Below, in pieces: positions 33,401 to 46,519 of a DNA stretch of 64,000 nt; position 1 is the first letter of the stretch; the number at the start of each line of letters is the position of its first letter. A program made the position numbers and the translations under genes. The notes below the pieces were generated by a model that did no database searches, was not told the origin of the DNA, and was given only the letters and a program-made list of their open reading frames with translations. Origin of the DNA: Utricularia gibba (taxonomy: Eukaryota; Plantae; Magnoliophyta); assembly GCA_002189035.1 (NCBI GenBank), contig CM007990.1, positions 248,001-312,000 of the forward strand. The letters are read 5' to 3'.

Positions 33401-35964
33401 ATGGTTAGCGCCGGAGGTAGTGCAGAAGGAACGAATTTGGAGTATACTCCAACGTGGGTTGTTGCTTCTGTCTGCACCATCATCGTTGGTCTCTCTCTCG
33501 CCGTAGAACGTGCGCTTCATTATACCGGAAAGGTTAATAGTCAATCCCAAACATGTTTGTTTCTCTGGAATCTGGCGCATGCTTCTGTACCTGAAAGTTT
33601 CTCAAATCTTCTATTCTTGAGAAGAATAGCAACAAGCTACTCCTAAAGCAGCTGATTTTCATTTCTGGGATATGTGCAGTATCTGAAGAAGAAGAACCAA
33701 AAACCTCTGTTTGATGCGCTACTGAAAGTCAAAGAAGGTAGGCATTCCTTTGAATGCCTGGCTCTTTCTTTGAGAAATAGCTTCTCTTCTTCTCGGGAGA
33801 CTGATCTTGACTTCTTATGAATACAGAGCTGATGCTGTTGGGGTTCATTTCTCTGATGCTAACTGTATTTCAAGGCCGTATAGTCAGAATTTGTATGGAT
33901 CGAGGTCCTATGGACCATCTTCTACCATGTGCATTGCCAAGAAACTCATCATCTACTTCAGGATCCAATGGTAATCATCGCCGCTTGCTCGCCCAAGCCG
34001 AAGGAGCTGCTGGTTACTGTGCTTCACGGGTGATCCATTTAAACACTGAACTTGTAGATGCTTTTCTTACAAATGTGCATACCTTGATTTTCTGATCGTA
34101 GTTGTTCTCTTGATTGTATTCAGAACCAGATTCCATTGTTGTCACTCGAAGCAATTCATGAACTACACATCTTCATATTCGTTCTTGCAATTGTCCATGT
34201 GGCCTTTTCTGCTCTGACTGTCATGCTTGGTAGCGCAAAGGTATCCATCTACCCATCTTCGGAGATTCTTTTCATATTCTAACGCTTTCATGTTACACAA
34301 AGATACGGCAATGGAAGAAATGGGAAGATGCTATAGCGAAAGCCAATCATGATGACTCTGTACAAGGTAATGTGTATATAAAGACTGCTCTTTTATAAGT
34401 TGGGGTAGTATTTTTTTTTGTGTTTGTGCTTATGGGAGTGCTAAATTTCTGTTGTTAAAATCACACTACTCGTACTACGTCTTTGAGCGTCGATCCAGAA
34501 CGTTTTCTTCATATGTGTTGATCATGAATCCCATCCTATGCAGCTGCTGAACCCAAGGTCATGTATACTCATCAGCATGAGTTCATCAGGAATCGACTTC
34601 AGGGCTTTGGCCATGTATCTCCCCTTAGAGTTTGGGGGTAAGACTAAGCTTTATCAGTAGTGAACCTTTCATAGCAGAAACTCTAAACTCCATTCTCCTG
34701 TATCTCTTCTCTCAGCGCTCATTTCTTAAGCAATTCTATGGATCCGTCACGAAAACAGATTACTCTGCTCTCCGGCTGGGGTTTATTATGGTATTTTCAA
34801 AGACCCTCTTGATCAGACTCCTCACTATATGATCTGTTTGCTGCTAACATGAAGTTCCTCCCTTAAGGCACATTGCCCCGGAAACCCAAAATTCAACTTC
34901 TATGAGTACATGGTTAAAGCTCTTGAGGATGACTTCAAGACGGTTGTGGGCACAAGGTATACTGCAAATTACAGAGATTTTAAAAGAGAAAAAAATAGTT
35001 CAGTAGCGAATTCGCCTCACTACTTACTGTTTCTTGCACTGCAGTTGGTATCTGTGGATCTTTGTTGTCACCTTCTTGCTGCTGAACGTCAGTGGCTGGC
35101 ATACATACTTCTGGATAGCATTCGTCCCTCTTATCGTGAGCATCGAGTTGATTCGTTTTCTGTAAAAGTCGACGTTTTTCCTGACTCCTCCTCGTTCACA
35201 GCTTCTGCTCATTGTTGGCACAAAGCTGGAACATGTGATCACTCAGTTGGCTCAGGAGGTTGCTGAGAAGCACGTAGCCATCGAAGGCGACATAGTCGTG
35301 CAGCCTTCAGATGATCATTTCTGGTTCCGGCGACCCCGTATCGTGCTCGTGCTGATCCACTTCATCCTCTTCCAGAACTCCTTCGAGATTGCCTTCTTCT
35401 TTTGGGTCTGGGTGAGTTTCTTCTCCGCGAACCAGCTGCACTGTCTTCTCTACTAGTTACCTGCTTCAACTCTCGTGTGTTGCTGCCAGGTTCAATACGG
35501 ATTCGACTCCTGCATCATGGGACACATCGCCCTCATCGCTCCTAGGCTCGTATTAAGGTACTTTACAGGCCTTCACCATTGGATCCGATCGGAGCATCTG
35601 CTTCCGTCTAACCAGTTCTCCGTTCTTCTTCAGTGTTTTCATCCAGTTGCTGTGCAGTTACAGCACGCTGCCACTCTACGCTTTGGTCACACAGGTAAGC
35701 GTTTCTTCTGGCGCGCTGTTTCATGGCGGCAGCGAGTGACTGATTCTGCTTTTGTCTGTGACTGTGAAGATGGGAAGCAATTACAAGAAGGTGGTGTTTG
35801 ATGAGCGTGTGCAAGTTGGTCTCGCTGGGTGGGCTGAGATGGCGAAGAAGAACAAAGGGCTGCCCCTGTCCGCCGCCGCTAGCCCCTTGGTCGGAGGTGA
35901 TGGGGTTCGGACGGCCGGAGGTTTGGAGGTGACGGCGCCACCACTGTCTAATGGCCGACATTAA
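33401..35964 (+). CDS. MLO: MLO seven-transmembrane protein (MLO1-like)
   Basis: LEYTPTWVVASVCTIIVGLSLAVERALH, ELMLLGFISLML, EAIHELHIFIF, HCPGNPKFNFYEYMVKALEDDFK, DDHFWFRRP, FQNSFEIAFFFW, TLPLYALVTQ-MGSNYKKVVF. Confidence 0.96.
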
Positions 35965-36295
35965 CCTTAACTGTCCATTGAGCTATGCCGTGGTATCGGA
36001 CACCGCCGGCGAGTCCGACGGAGTCATAGCTATTGATGACACGTCTTACACAAAAAAAAATCAGATTATTATTTTTTTGTAATTTCTATACCTAAGAATT
36101 ATATAATATGTAGAAAACCAAAGGCCTCTTTATGTGGGCCGGCGGGTTCGGGTCGGGGCACTCCATAACTCTGTTGAGAGGGTCAGGGTCTGGGGTTTAA
36201 GAAGGAAATCAGGGGAGAAACCTTGGAGCCGTTGCGGAGGAGACTGATATTGCTCTTCTTCTTTTGCGTTGTGTCTGTTTTCCGAAGGAGGAGCA

Positions 36296-38715
36296 ATGTC
36301 GAATCTTAGTGCTCCGCCACCTGCTACGGCTCCGACGCCGCCGCCGCTGCCGGCCGATCCGCCGAAAGTAGACTTTTTGAACCTACCGTGCCCCATACCG
36401 TACGAAGAGATTCACAGAGAAGCACTCAGTTAGTGATTCCAATTCATTTCATTTTTTTTTTGTTTCTCTGGTTGATGGGTGGTCGGTAAATTTGAAGTAA
36501 ATTATGTTTCATGAAGTTTCAGTCTTGTCTATGAAGTTTGATGGCTGTATCTTTAAGGGCATTTCCAAAACATAATCAATCAGTGTATGCGAATGAGTAT
36601 GCACAAAAATTTTGTTTACTATAATGTCAGCATCACTGAAGATTAAGCTAGCTATAGTGATGAACTGTCCACAAGCATTCTGGGCATGCTTCCTATGTTG
36701 TTCAGAATCTTCATATAAGGCAGCATTCCTGAGTTCTTTTAGACATGTTGCTTTCTTTTATGTTTCCGTCAAACTTATAAAGAATTTGTTGTTGGCAGTG
36801 TCCTTAAAGCCTGAAGTGTTTGAGGGTCTACGGTTTGATTTCGCCAAAGGATTGAATCAGAACTTTTCTCTCAGCCACAGGTGGCCGGGTCTAATTTTGT
36901 GATGCCAATTTTTATTTTAATATTCCTCTCAACCTACTATAGTTTTAACACAAAAATGCGTCCAGTGTTATGATGGGACTTACGGAAATACCTTCTCAAT
37001 CATCCGAGATTGTCAAAATTCCAACGGCTAATTATGAGTTTGGTGCCAATTTTCTAGACCCAAAGGTTGCTACAGTTTAAGATCCATATTTGTTTTGTAC
37101 AAGATTCTTGGGTTGGCCTTGAGAGGATTGTTTTTACTTTGTCAGCTTATGCTTATCGGAAGAGTTTTGACAGACGGGAGATTAAATGCAAGACTGAAGT
37201 GTGATTTGACTGAAAAGCTTACCGTTAAGGCAAATGCTCAAGTAAGCATACGACTTTTGTTTGCACAGTAGGTTCATTAGCATCTTTCTGGGCGTTCCCT
37301 TTTTAGACTTTTTCAACTGATGCGTCACTCTGAAATACCAATCTCTTATTGTTGTAGCTTACAAGCGAGCCGCATATGTCACATGGACTATTCAATTTCT
37401 ATTATAAGGTAATTATTCTGTCCTTCATTTCCTTTTGTCACTTTACCCATCAAGTATGCATCCAGCTATAGTTATGATTCATTCTTGAGCTTTTTTTTTG
37501 TTTTTTTGGCAATGATGGCATTTGAACTTTGAACATATGCAATGCAGGGTACGGATTACAGGACTCAATTTCAACTGGGAAATGGTGCTTTGGTGGGTGC
37601 GAGCTATATCCAGGTACATTAAATGATGTTTTATGTGAATTCCATTTATTTTCAAAAGTTAGAGTGGGTTTGCTACCCAAAAGGCTTGCATCCATTAACT
37701 GATTCGAAGTCAAGCAAAGGACACTATCTATAGGTTGTAAGCCCATGGTCGAAGTTTACTATTTTCATGCGATTCTCGGAGCATAACCGCCATCACTTTT
37801 CTCTTTAATGTTCACTCATCCTAGTAACGGTTATCTGACCGTCTCCCCATTTTTGTATTTGTAGAGTGTAACTCCTCACTTATCCTTGGGTGGCGAAGTT
37901 TTCTGGGCTGGTCAGCATCGAAAATCTGGCATCGGCTATGCTGCTAGATATAACACAGACAAGATGGTGTGCTCCAGTTTGCCCATAACTAATTTACTTA
38001 AGTTAAGGCATGAGTGCATGTTTGATGCCTGCTGAATTGAGTAATGCCAATCAAGAAGATCTGTCGAAAGAATTATAAAATATGTAGCTATTCTCTTATT
38101 TCTCATATAGGTTGCAACAGGACAAGTTGCAAGCACAGGGATGGTTGCTCTAAGCTATCTTCAGAAAGTATCGGAAAAGGTAAACTACTTTCTAGTTAAT
38201 GGTACATGCTTAACTATGTGGAATGGTTTTTTTTCTCTCATTTTCTCCAGTCATTCTTTTTTTGTTCAGGTTTTTCTAGCTTCTGATTTCATGTACAACT
38301 ACATGTCAAGGGATGTCACAAGCAGTGTGGGGTATGATTATACCCTTAGACAGGTGATATTTACGATCATATTGACAAACATTGTCCTGTTTGTAGATTG
38401 ATACCCATGCATGTTATTCATTGTTCATCACCTTCATTTTTTTTCGTAAAAACTGACCCATAATGCTTCATCTCTGACAGTGCCGTCTGAGAGGCAAGAT
38501 TGATTCCAATGGAGTTGTTGCCGCTTTGTTGGAAGAGCGGTTGACCATGGGTCTCACCTTGCTCCTTTCTGCTGAGGTCAGGAGTCTCTTCATTGAACTG
38601 TTATTCTTTTCGTCGATCGCAGTCGTTTAATCCATCCTCCATCATGCCATTCATGCAGATTGATCATCCGAAAAAAGACTACAAGTTTGGTTTCGGGCTG
38701 ACCGTGGGAGAGTAG
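36296..38715 (+). CDS. TOM40: Mitochondrial outer membrane import pore TOM40
   Basis: [89 protein letters not shown]. Confidence 0.96.
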
Positions 38716-39810
38716 ATTCCAAATCGGTCCAAGCTTCTTCTATGGTGTTGGTTATTTCCACTCCAGTAGATTAGCAGCAACAACACGCAAGTCGTTCACT
38801 TTTTTCAGATACATGGGAGGCGGCAACTTCTGCTCCGGCGAGACTGTTAGAATCTAAGTGCATGTAGTTAGTTTTTTGCAGATGGGATGATGAGTTTGAA
38901 GCCTCCCAGACTGTAGATACATTTTCCCGGATTCAATAACATTACCGTCTTTAGCTTTTTGATTCATTCAAGTTCTGGGTTATTTTCAATGGAAATAGTT
39001 ACACTAATCCCTTGCCCAGGGAATGCGATGTTTTCCTGCAGAAGCTGCCCCAGAATCTGGATATCACCCAAAGGTGAAACATTTAAACATTCTCTCATCT
39101 GGCCAGCAACTTGTTTGTAAACAACTTCCCGCACAGAGTAGGAGTGGAGCTCCGAACGAGGGGTGAGATGAAGATGGAAAGTTTTTTTTTTCTTTTTTTT
39201 TTTTGGTGTAGATGTTGATAAGGACGATACAGCTTTAAAGCTTCCCACAATTTGTTATTCCATTCTTGTTTTCAGGATAACGTGGGCGCACGGCGCACCC
39301 TGTAGGTCCGCCAACTTGGCTTCGCCGATGGCTAATGCATTATTTGTCTGTGTGTGGGGGCCTGGAGCTATTTGGTCGGATTCGATTTCACGATCCCCGG
39401 AGTTCAAGAATCTTTGCACTCCTCTCAAGTGAAGAAGCGTTACTCTTCCGAGAACTCCGAGTTTCTCTGCACAGGTAAACAAACGTAACCAACTGCTTTG
39501 AGTTCTTATGATTTTTGAACAGAGTTTGTTGGGTCGATCGTGTCATGGACGATCACATAAGTACCGTGCCTTCATCTGGTTTTTTGAACGAACTAAGTTG
39601 GGAATTTCTGATGTGCTTCAATCTGGTTACAGAAAGCTTGCTTTTTTGTCAGTGATCTTGAAGTGGTTACCACGTATTACAGGGATTGGTGGGATTCTTG
39701 AATTTTTCAGTCTTATGATACTTGATTGATTTCAAGTTTAAAGTATCCTCTTTGAGTGAGATCCAATGTTTCCTGGGGTATGCGAGTCGTTGTTTTTGCT
39801 GTTCTGCAGG

Positions 39811-40736
39811 ATGCAAGGAGGAATCAAGGCGATCTTCTCGCATGGATCTGCGCTGAAGAATACCCTTCTGCTCCATGTTCGTGTAGCTGCTACTCCAGCC
39901 ATGAGGATTCCCACATCAGCTCGTCATCAATCAACCTCCCCTGCGCGCATGGAGGAGCATGGATTCGAAAGTACCACCATTTCAGATGTTCTCTCTGGTA
40001 AAGGAAAGGCTGCTGATGGCTCCTGGCTCTGGTGCACCACAGAAGAGACCGTTTACGATGCCGTGAAATCGGTGTGGCAGAAACTAAACATCTTCATGTT
40101 TGCATCTACGTTTCATGAGCCTAGTTTGAACCAGATTCCTTCTGTGTCAGATGACTCAGCACAATGTCGGAGCTCTGGTGGTGGTTAACCCAGGGAAGGA
40201 GAACGCCATTGCTGGAATCATCACTGAAAGAGGTTAGCATGATATTCAGAGCTTCTTCCATGGTAGCTTTGTGCATTCCTTTCTGATCACAGAACCAGCA
40301 AAACTTCACCCTCCATACAGATTATCTGCGGAAGATCATCGTCCAAGGGCGGTCATCGAAGTCGACTAAGGTCGGGGATATCATGACTGAGGAGGTATGA
40401 GACAACACAAGAACTCCCTACTCCTGCTCCTTCACTTCTTCTCAACCATGAAAAACATGCTGCAGAACAAGCTCATCACCGTCACACCAGACACCAAGGT
40501 TCTGAAGGCAATGCAACTGATGACAGGTATTGGTAATCTGCTCTCAGATGAAATAGTCCAGCACCAGTGCTTCTAATTGTTCCATCCTGGTAGATAACCG
40601 GATTAGGCACATACCAGTGATCAAAGAGGGAGGAATGGTAGGGATGGTGTCGATCGGCGACATCGTTCGTGCAGTCGTGGATGAGCACCGTGCCGAGTTG
40701 AGCCGCCTGAATGCTTTCATCCAGGGCGGATACTGA
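39811..40736 (+). CDS. CBSX3: CBS-domain protein CBSX3, mitochondrial
   Basis: ARMEEHGFESTTISDVL, GSWLWCTT, MTQHNVGALVVV, DYLRKIIVQGRSSKSTKVGDIMTEE, NRIRHIPV, RLNAFIQGGY*. Confidence 0.95.
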
Positions 40737-41037
40737 AACACCATGAGAATGATGAAACCAGAGAACTCTTAAGTTGTGGTTTTCAAGTGCCTGCTTGCAC
40801 CAGGCTCCTGGGGTTTGAAGACTAGAAGAATAAGGTGCACTGATGAAGCCACTTGCAGAAACTCTTGATACATGGGATGGGAATGGGGTGAATATGTGTT
40901 CCCTTTTCAGTATTTGAGACTCCATGGATATTGGAACCTATTTTAAAACACTGATCCATCCCGAATCTATCCTTGGAAGAATTCAAATGCTTAGACTTGA
41001 GTTTTTTGGAGGGCAATTAGCGAATTTAAAGTCTAAC

Positions 41038-41176
41038 GAAACGGCGTCGTATGCACGCGGGTTTTCTTTTTTTATTCACAGGTGATGGAAATTAAACCCT
41101 AATTTATGGAAACGGCGTCGTATGCACGCGGATTTTCTTTTTCAATTGATAGGCGATGGAAATTAATCCCTATTTA
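41038..41176. repeat. ~70-bp tandem duplication in the MCU promoter, each copy with a CGCG box
   Basis: gaaacggcgtcgtatgcacgcgg.ttttcttt...gatggaaattaa.ccta.ttta at 41038-41106 and 41109-41176. Confidence 0.88.
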
Positions 41177-41358
41177 ACGCGGTTGTTCTCCTACTACCCC
41201 TAAATTCACGTCGGCCTGGATATCCGCGGGGGGCCGGCTACCCCTAAATTCACCTCTGGGGGGATTCTGGAGTACGTCAATGGCGGATGACGTTCTGATT
41301 CTAGGTACTTGCTGCTGGGGAGGTTGTTGAAGGTGGGTAACGAAACCTATCGCGAAGA

Positions 41359-42629
41359 ATGTGGCGGAGCAGGAATTTTTTGTGTAGTTTAGTCAGACAG
41401 GGGGGGCGCCTTAAGTTAGCAGAGGCTAGGTCTCATTTTGAAGCCGGCGGCCTTTTGCGATCACCCAGGGGTAGCGTAGGAAGGGAAGCGCTATCTTTTC
41501 GTCGGTTGTGCACCTCTCCCTTGAGGGGTGCCGGCGGAGAGCCGAGGAACGGTGACGACAATGCGTTGACGTTCGCGGAAGCTAGGAGGCTCATTAGGCT
41601 CGTGAACGTGGAGGCGCTGAAAGAGAAGCTGGGGGTGGAGGACAAGGAAGTCATTTCGTACGACGACCTATTGAACGCCTGCGAGAGGATGGGTATCGCT
41701 AAGTCGCCGGAGGAGGCGGCTACTTTTGCTAGAATTCTCGATGAAGCGGGCGTTTTGCTTATCTTCCGCAACAAAGTTTATCTCCACCCAGACAAGGTAT
41801 TCAGTTCAAATTCTGGATTTCATCCTACAGTTTCCTGATCTTACGGAAATAAGAAATTCACATGCTTTTGCTAGTATATGAGATACCCATTTGTTTTTTT
41901 ACAGTTATCCAGTTTTCTGCTTATATCTGCACCTAGAATCTATACCTGTTGTTTTATTCCATGACTGTAGTAGCTTTAGTTTGCTCTGGAAGATAGAAAA
42001 GAGGGCAAAGAAAATTTCGAACGAATGACACTCCTTTGCATCCTGTGTTATTTCTTTTTTGTGGTACAGTAGCCATGGAAGTGTGGGGTTGGGTGGCCTT
42101 GATTCCAGGAACTTGATCATATATATATTTATTTGATCTTCAGGTAGTGGAACTGGTTAGAAAAGCAGTGCCCCTTGCTCTACTACCAGAAGACGATCCA
42201 AGCAAGGATGAGTTAAGAGATCTGGAGAAGAAGAAGGAAGAAATCGATAGGATGGCACACATACAGGTTCGACGAATTCTCTGGTCTGGCCTGGGATTCT
42301 CTCTGATTCAGATTGGCCTTTTCTTCCGACTTACATTCTGGGAATTCTCATGGGACGTGATGGAGCCGATTGCATTTTTCGCTACCACAACCGGACTAAT
42401 AGTAGGATATGCTTACTTCTTGGTGACTTCTAGAGATCCAAGCTATCAAGACATTCTTAAAAGGCTGTTCCTCGCGAGACAGAGGAAGCTTATTAAGAAG
42501 CATAACTTTGATGTCCATCGATACTTGGAGCTGCAGAAGAAATGCAAGCTGCCTCTTGGTTCGAATGCATCGATCAAGAAGCAGACTGGGGTTGAACTCC
42601 ACCCCGAGGAGCTTCTGCATCGTGACTGA
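41359..42629 (+). CDS. MCU: Mitochondrial calcium uniporter protein (exons 41359-41796, 42144-42629)
   Basis: [35 protein letters not shown], and pore region [21 protein letters not shown] (W-D-x-x-E-P). Confidence 0.96.
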
Positions 42630-43119
42630 TTTTTCAAAATGGTCATGCTCACTAATCATGCTGCTGCTGCTACAGAAACTGTGGCAACGACCCAAAACTC
42701 CTGTATTTTTTGTTAACCGGAGTTCGTTTACTTTATGCAAGACTCCATGGTGATGCTTCTGGATTCGTTTCTGAGCTTTATTTCATCCTACTCTACATGA
42801 TCCAGTGCCCAAAACAGCATGGCTCGTGATTAGCGGTTGGTTGCAATCCATCCAGCATTTGCATTTAGTAAGTTGGCTGCTACCGGTGAGGAGTGGCGCG
42901 GAGAAAATGTCCGCCTGCCGCAAAACTGGTTGGAGATGCGTACGTTAGCGGGCGACAGCCGCATCCTCCCTGTTCGGGCGTCTTGCTGCCACGTTGCTCG
43001 GAGTTGATTGAAGTGATGGGAATTGCGTTCCCAAATTGCATTCCCCCTCCTCCATCCGCGGAAGATAACGCCTACCTGCCGCCGTTAAGGGAAAGTAGTT
43101 GGGTCATGCGACTCAGAGG

Positions 43120-43199
43120 CACGTGTACCTACCGGAGACCGTGTGTAATCTCAGAAATCAACCTCCGTTAACTCTGACGCCGTGAGCTTCACTATAAAT
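43120..43199 (+). promoter_or_regulatory. C4H proximal promoter: G-box, AC-I element and TATA
   Basis: CACGTG 43120-43125 followed after one base by ACCTACC 43127-43133; ctataaat 43192-43199; a further cctacc near 43071. Confidence 0.65.
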
Positions 43200-43269
43200 C
43201 TTCCAACCCCGAAGTTACTTGGTTCAACGACAACTTGTGACTGCCGCGATTCCTTCTCGCTGCCCAGTG

Positions 43270-44943
43270 ATGGACGTGTTTCTCATCGAGAAGGCTCTCC
43301 TCGGAGTGCTTGCCGCCGTCTTGGTGGCTTCATTGGTGTCCAAGTTCCGTGGGAAGCGATTCAGGCTTCCTCCGGGGCCAATCGCGGTGCCCATTTTCGG
43401 AAACTGGCTTCAGGTCGGGGACGATTTGAATCATCGGAATCTCTCCGATTACGCGAAGAAGTTTGGAGAAATATTCCTCCTCCGCATGGGACAGCGAAAT
43501 GTCGCCGTCGTTTCCTCGCCGGAGCTCGCAAAAGAGGTGCTCCACACGCAGGGCGTTGAATTCGGGTCACGGACTCGAAATGTGGTGTTCGACATCTTCA
43601 CCGGAAAAGGACAGGACATGGTGTTCACCGTCTACGGCGAGCATTGGCGGAAGATGCGGCGGATCATGACGGTGCCCTTCTTCACGAACAAGGTTGTGCA
43701 GCAGTACCGCGAGGGATGGGAGGCGGAGGCCGCCGCCGTGGTGGAGGACGTGAGGAGAAATCCCGAGGCGGCGACGAAGGGGATCGTGCTCCGGCGCCGT
43801 CTCCAGCTGATGATGTACAACAATATGTACAGAATCATGTTCAATCGAAGATTCGAGAGCGAAGAGGATCCCCTGTTCGTGAAGCTCAGGGCCCTGAATG
43901 GAGAGCGGAGTCGATTGGCCCAGAGCTTTCAGTACAACTACGGTGACTTCATTCCCATCTTGAGACCTTTCCTTCGTGGGTATCTCAACATTTGCAGGGA
44001 CGTGAAGGAGAAGAGACTCCGGCTGTTCAAGGATTACTTCATCGACGAACGAAAGTACGGCTCGACGGCACCCTACTGTTAAAAAAAAAAGAAAAGAAAG
44101 CTTTTTTGAGTCTAACTGCGAGCTGCCCACAGGAAGCAGGCGGAGAACGACGGCGTGAAATGCGCCATTGATCACATTATTGAGTCCAAGGAGAAGGGAG
44201 AGATCAACGAGGACAACGTCCTCTACATTGTCGAGAACATCAACGTTGCTGGTACTACTGTCGCATACTCCTCTGTGATGCATTTTGATGTGATGATAAA
44301 TGCTGATTCTTCTGTGAGGATTTTGAGCAGCAATCGAAACGACTCTGTGGTCGATTGAATGGGGAATTGCAGAGCTGGTGAACCACCCGGAGGTTCAGAA
44401 GAAGCTGCGCGACGAGATAGACACGGTCCTCGACGCGGAGTCCAGGTATCGGAGGCGGACACTTCGAGGCTTCCGTATCTTCAAGCTGTGATCAAGGAGA
44501 CTCTCCGGCTGAGAATGGCGATTCCCCTGCTAGTCCCTCACATGAACCTCCACGACGCCGAGCTGGGCGGCTACGACATCCCGGCGGAGAGCAAGGTACT
44601 AGTGAACGCGTGGTGGCTGGCCAACAACCCTGCCCAGTGGAGGAAGCCGGAGGAGTTCCGGCCGGAGCGGTTTCTCCAGGAGGAAGCTAACGTGGAGCCC
44701 AACGGCAACGATTTCAGGTTCCTCCCCTTCGGCGTTGGGCGCCGGAGCTGCCCCGGAATCATACTCGCGCTGCCGATCCTAGGGATCACCCTGGGGCGCC
44801 TGGTTCAGAACTTCGAACTTCTGCCGCCGCCGGGGGAAACCAAGATCGACACCACCGAGAAAGGGGGACAGTTCAGTCTCCACATCCTCAACCACTCCAC
44901 CGTCGTGCTGAAGCCCGTTGGAGAGGGCGCTTTGGTAATTTAA
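43270..44943 (+). CDS. C4H: Cinnamate 4-hydroxylase CYP73A (exons 43270-44054, 44133-44251, 44331-44943; 1-nt shortfall near 44431)
   Basis: [81 protein letters not shown], heme motif [10 protein letters not shown]. Confidence 0.97.
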
Positions 44944-46519
44944 TTACGAAAGTACTATGTATCTAATTACAAATTACTATTTAATATTTATTTAATTAAA
45001 AATTACCCAATTTTATTTATTTATTTATTTATTTAATATAATTCTGATATTCAAATACTGGCTACTATGAAGTACAACTTAAGGTGCAGCAGGTGATCCG
45101 GTCCAAGGTCCCTCTGTCTCTTCCAACGGCCAAATTGTAATAATTGTCCCCTCCATTTAAACCGGAACGATTAGCGCATGAACCGGTCATTAGAAGCAAA
45201 CCTCCCAAAATTCCCTATTTCTTAATTAGTAATAAAAATATTATTATATTCAAATATACGATATTTTTCTACTACAATAAATGAAAAAAAATAATGGAAC
45301 AACCTTGGTTTTTAGAGTAGTGCTTCAAAACTCTAGCAATTTTATTATCGTACACGGTAATATTTCAAAAAAAATTAAAAAAAAATCTATAAATATTTAT
45401 TATTCTTAAAATCTTGGTTTTTAATTATTACAAAAATTTCTCAAAAAATGTTTTTAAAGAGCATATATTAAATAGAACACTAATATGACAACTTCATCAA
45501 CGAATGTATTAGAAACTATATCATTCTCAATCAAATTTTTTTGATTGAATGTGGAAGAGAGAGAGTGGTCAGATTTTTAAATATGACGTCATGTACACGA
45601 GTGAAATAAATAATTGGAATAATTGGAGGTGTTTTTTACCCTAGTTAATCACACAAATGTAGTTGAGAGATAAGAGGGTTTATCTACATAAATCTGCATT
45701 AATTGTGCATGATTAACTACCCAAATTTCCTGATTAGGTATGCAGCTGCCATGCAATTCAAAGATTCCCAATTAAATGCTGGGAGTTTGAATCTTGTTAC
45801 TTGTTTAGATACACCAATTCGATTTTGGTAATTTATAATATTGATGGAGATGTTTTAAATTCTCTTTTTATTTATGGATTTTATAAATTTGCTTATTTTT
45901 TTAATTAATAATATTGGTAAATGAGATTATTGTTTATTTATGAATATAATAAATATGATTTGCGTGTTGAAACGAGAGGAAATGGAGGGAGATCCAATGA
46001 GGGGGTTTGCCGAAATTCGTAGAATTTTTGGGGGGAAGAAAACGACGTCGTCTTGACTTTGGAATGCAATAAATCTCGGTCCTGTGGCGTATCGTCGTCG
46101 TGTCGCGTCTCTGGGAGCGGCACTGCTGATATTTTGGTTCTTTCTTGTCTCTCTCTTTCGGTGCTTGGGTTTGGGTTACGGAAATGGATAAGGGAAGATT
46201 TTGCGCCAGAGTGTGTACATAAAAGTTGGTTTTTTTATGTAAAGCTGCATGTGTAAGGGAGGAAGATGATTGTGATGGATTTGTTTGTTTGTTTGTAGGC
46301 CAACTTTCTGCGAATAAATGAAACGATAAGCGGCGTGAGGGAGGAGGAAGAAGGCGAAGAGTCAAAACTGGGTTTCAGTTCTTATCGATAAAAAAGAAAG
46401 GAAAAAACGGAAACTGGGTCCTTGGCACGTCTGAGCTGTTTTTACTGTCGTGATACGGTGGGCAATCGCCAGTGTTGAAGAAGGTAATGAATCGGTTTTG
46501 ATTAATCGGGATAGAAGAG

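Noticed and set aside
43567-44283. Long antisense ORFs over C4H (238 aa), PPR (200 and 166 aa) and CXE (151 aa)
   Set aside because: No recognisable domains; expected shadows of GC-rich coding strands.
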